NCBI GenBank assembly: GCA_028693335.1 | Contig: JAQUVR010000005.1 | Coordinates: 1-15,168 of the forward strand | Source of the DNA: Candidatus Iainarchaeum sp. | GTDB taxonomy: Archaea; Iainarchaeota; Iainarchaeia; Iainarchaeales; CSSED10-239 | DNA: 15,168 nt | Reading direction: 5' to 3' | Shown: one piece after another, positions 14,437 to 15,168 of the stretch | Numbering within the stretch: position 1 is the stretch's first letter | Layout of the letters: the number at the start of each line of letters is the position of its first letter | The notes under the pieces: generated by a model | Databases searched by the model: none | What the model was told of the DNA's origin: nothing | Seen by the model: the letters and a program-made list of their open reading frames with translations, nothing else | Program-made: the position numbers and the translations under genes

Positions 14437-15168
14437 TATGACATCATCAAAAAAAATAAAAAATATAGAATTTGGGGTATTAAGCCCAGAAATGATTAGA
14501 AAACTTTCAGTTGTAGAAATTACTAGAGCTGAAACTTATGATAAGGATGGATATCCTATAGAAAGAGGTCTTATGGATGCTCATCTAGGAGTAATTTCTC
14601 CAGGGTTAAGATGTAAGACATGTGGACAAACTATGAAAAATTGTCCAGGACATTTTGGATCTTTAGAGCTTGTTAGACCAACAATACATCCAAAGTTTGG
14701 TGATAAAATATATCAAGTCCTTGCAGGTACTTGTAATAGTTGTGGAAGAATATTAGTTCCTCAAGATAGATTAAATGAAGTAATGATGCATGCTGGAAAT
14801 CCAGAAAGATCAACAAAAGAAATATTAGCAATTAGTAAAACTCAAAAAGAGTGTCCTCATTGTGGTACAAAAACATCAAAAATGTCATTAGATAAGCCAA
14901 CAAATATTTTTAAAGATCAAGAAAGAATTTATCCATCAGAAATATTAGACTGGTTAGTTAAAATTCCAGATCAAGATTTATTCTTATTTGGATATTCTGA
15001 TAGATTAAAACCTCAATGGTTTATTTTATCTGTTCTACCAATATCTCCAGTATCAATAAGACCTTCTTTATCTTTAGAGAATGTTATTACTTCTGAAGAT
15101 GATTTGACTTATAAATTATTAGATATTGTAAGAATAAACATAAGATTACAAGAAAACATAAATGCTGG
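14437..15168 (+). CDS. rpoA1: DNA-directed RNA polymerase subunit A' (Rpo1N), N-terminal 244 codons; partial, runs off the right edge
   Basis: Not in the ORF track because no stop is reached. The ATG at 14437 follows AAAGGATGA. Translation MTSSKKIKNIEFGVLSPEMIRKLSVVEITRAETYD...CKTCGQTMKNCPGHFGSLELVRP...CNSCGRIL...CPHCG shows the Rpb1/A' N-terminal zinc-binding motifs. The frame stays open to base 15168. Confidence 0.93.

Noticed and set aside
1-15168. Apparent excess of the palindrome AGATCT, roughly 15-20 copies by eye, several-fold above a simple base-composition expectation
   Set aside because: Nearly all copies lie in coding sequence and can be built from the dominant codons AGA (Arg), GAT (Asp), ATC and TCT. 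Codon bias explains it, and there is no positional pattern.
1-15168. CRISPR arrays, transposases, integrases, inverted terminal repeats, restriction-modification or other classical defence genes
   Set aside because: None found. There are no regularly spaced direct repeats, and no ORF carries DDE, tyrosine or serine recombinase motifs or Cas-like motifs. The only nuclease-like gene is the PIN protein reported above.

Overview
Strongly AT-rich archaeal window (roughly 70-75% A+T by eye). It is compact, and every gene from 1999 onward is on the + strand. The left edge holds the 3' end of a 23S rRNA (sarcin-ricin loop AGTACGAGAGGAAC at 113-126) with no 5S gene after it. The right third is the conserved archaeal RNA polymerase operon rpoH - rpoB'' - rpoB' - rpoA', with B split into two genes and A' running off the right edge. 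Between them lie two convergent membrane/surface proteins and a four-gene operon built round a COG2405-type PIN protein. Next come a divergent RpiA-like gene and a methyltransferase-like gene, then tRNA-Met/Ile2(CAT) and tRNA-Glu(CTC). A Bud32/RIO-like atypical kinase gene there appears split by a -1 frameshift, and two transporters follow (ArsB/NhaD-type and MFS). Divergent rRNA, unlinked 5S, split rpoB, Asn-rich proteins and tight gene packing suggest a small-genome (DPANN-like) archaeon, but that is inference only. The best-supported unannotated element is a textbook archaeal C/D box sRNA on the minus strand at 4572-4637. Its D' guide is complementary to the 23S A-loop present in this same window, and the N+5 rule places the 2'-O-methylation on the U2552 equivalent. 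Its D guide fits the universal 16S decoding-centre sequence and would target the C1402 equivalent. No CRISPR array, transposase or integrase is visible. All protein family calls rest on motifs recognised by eye and from memory, not on searches.
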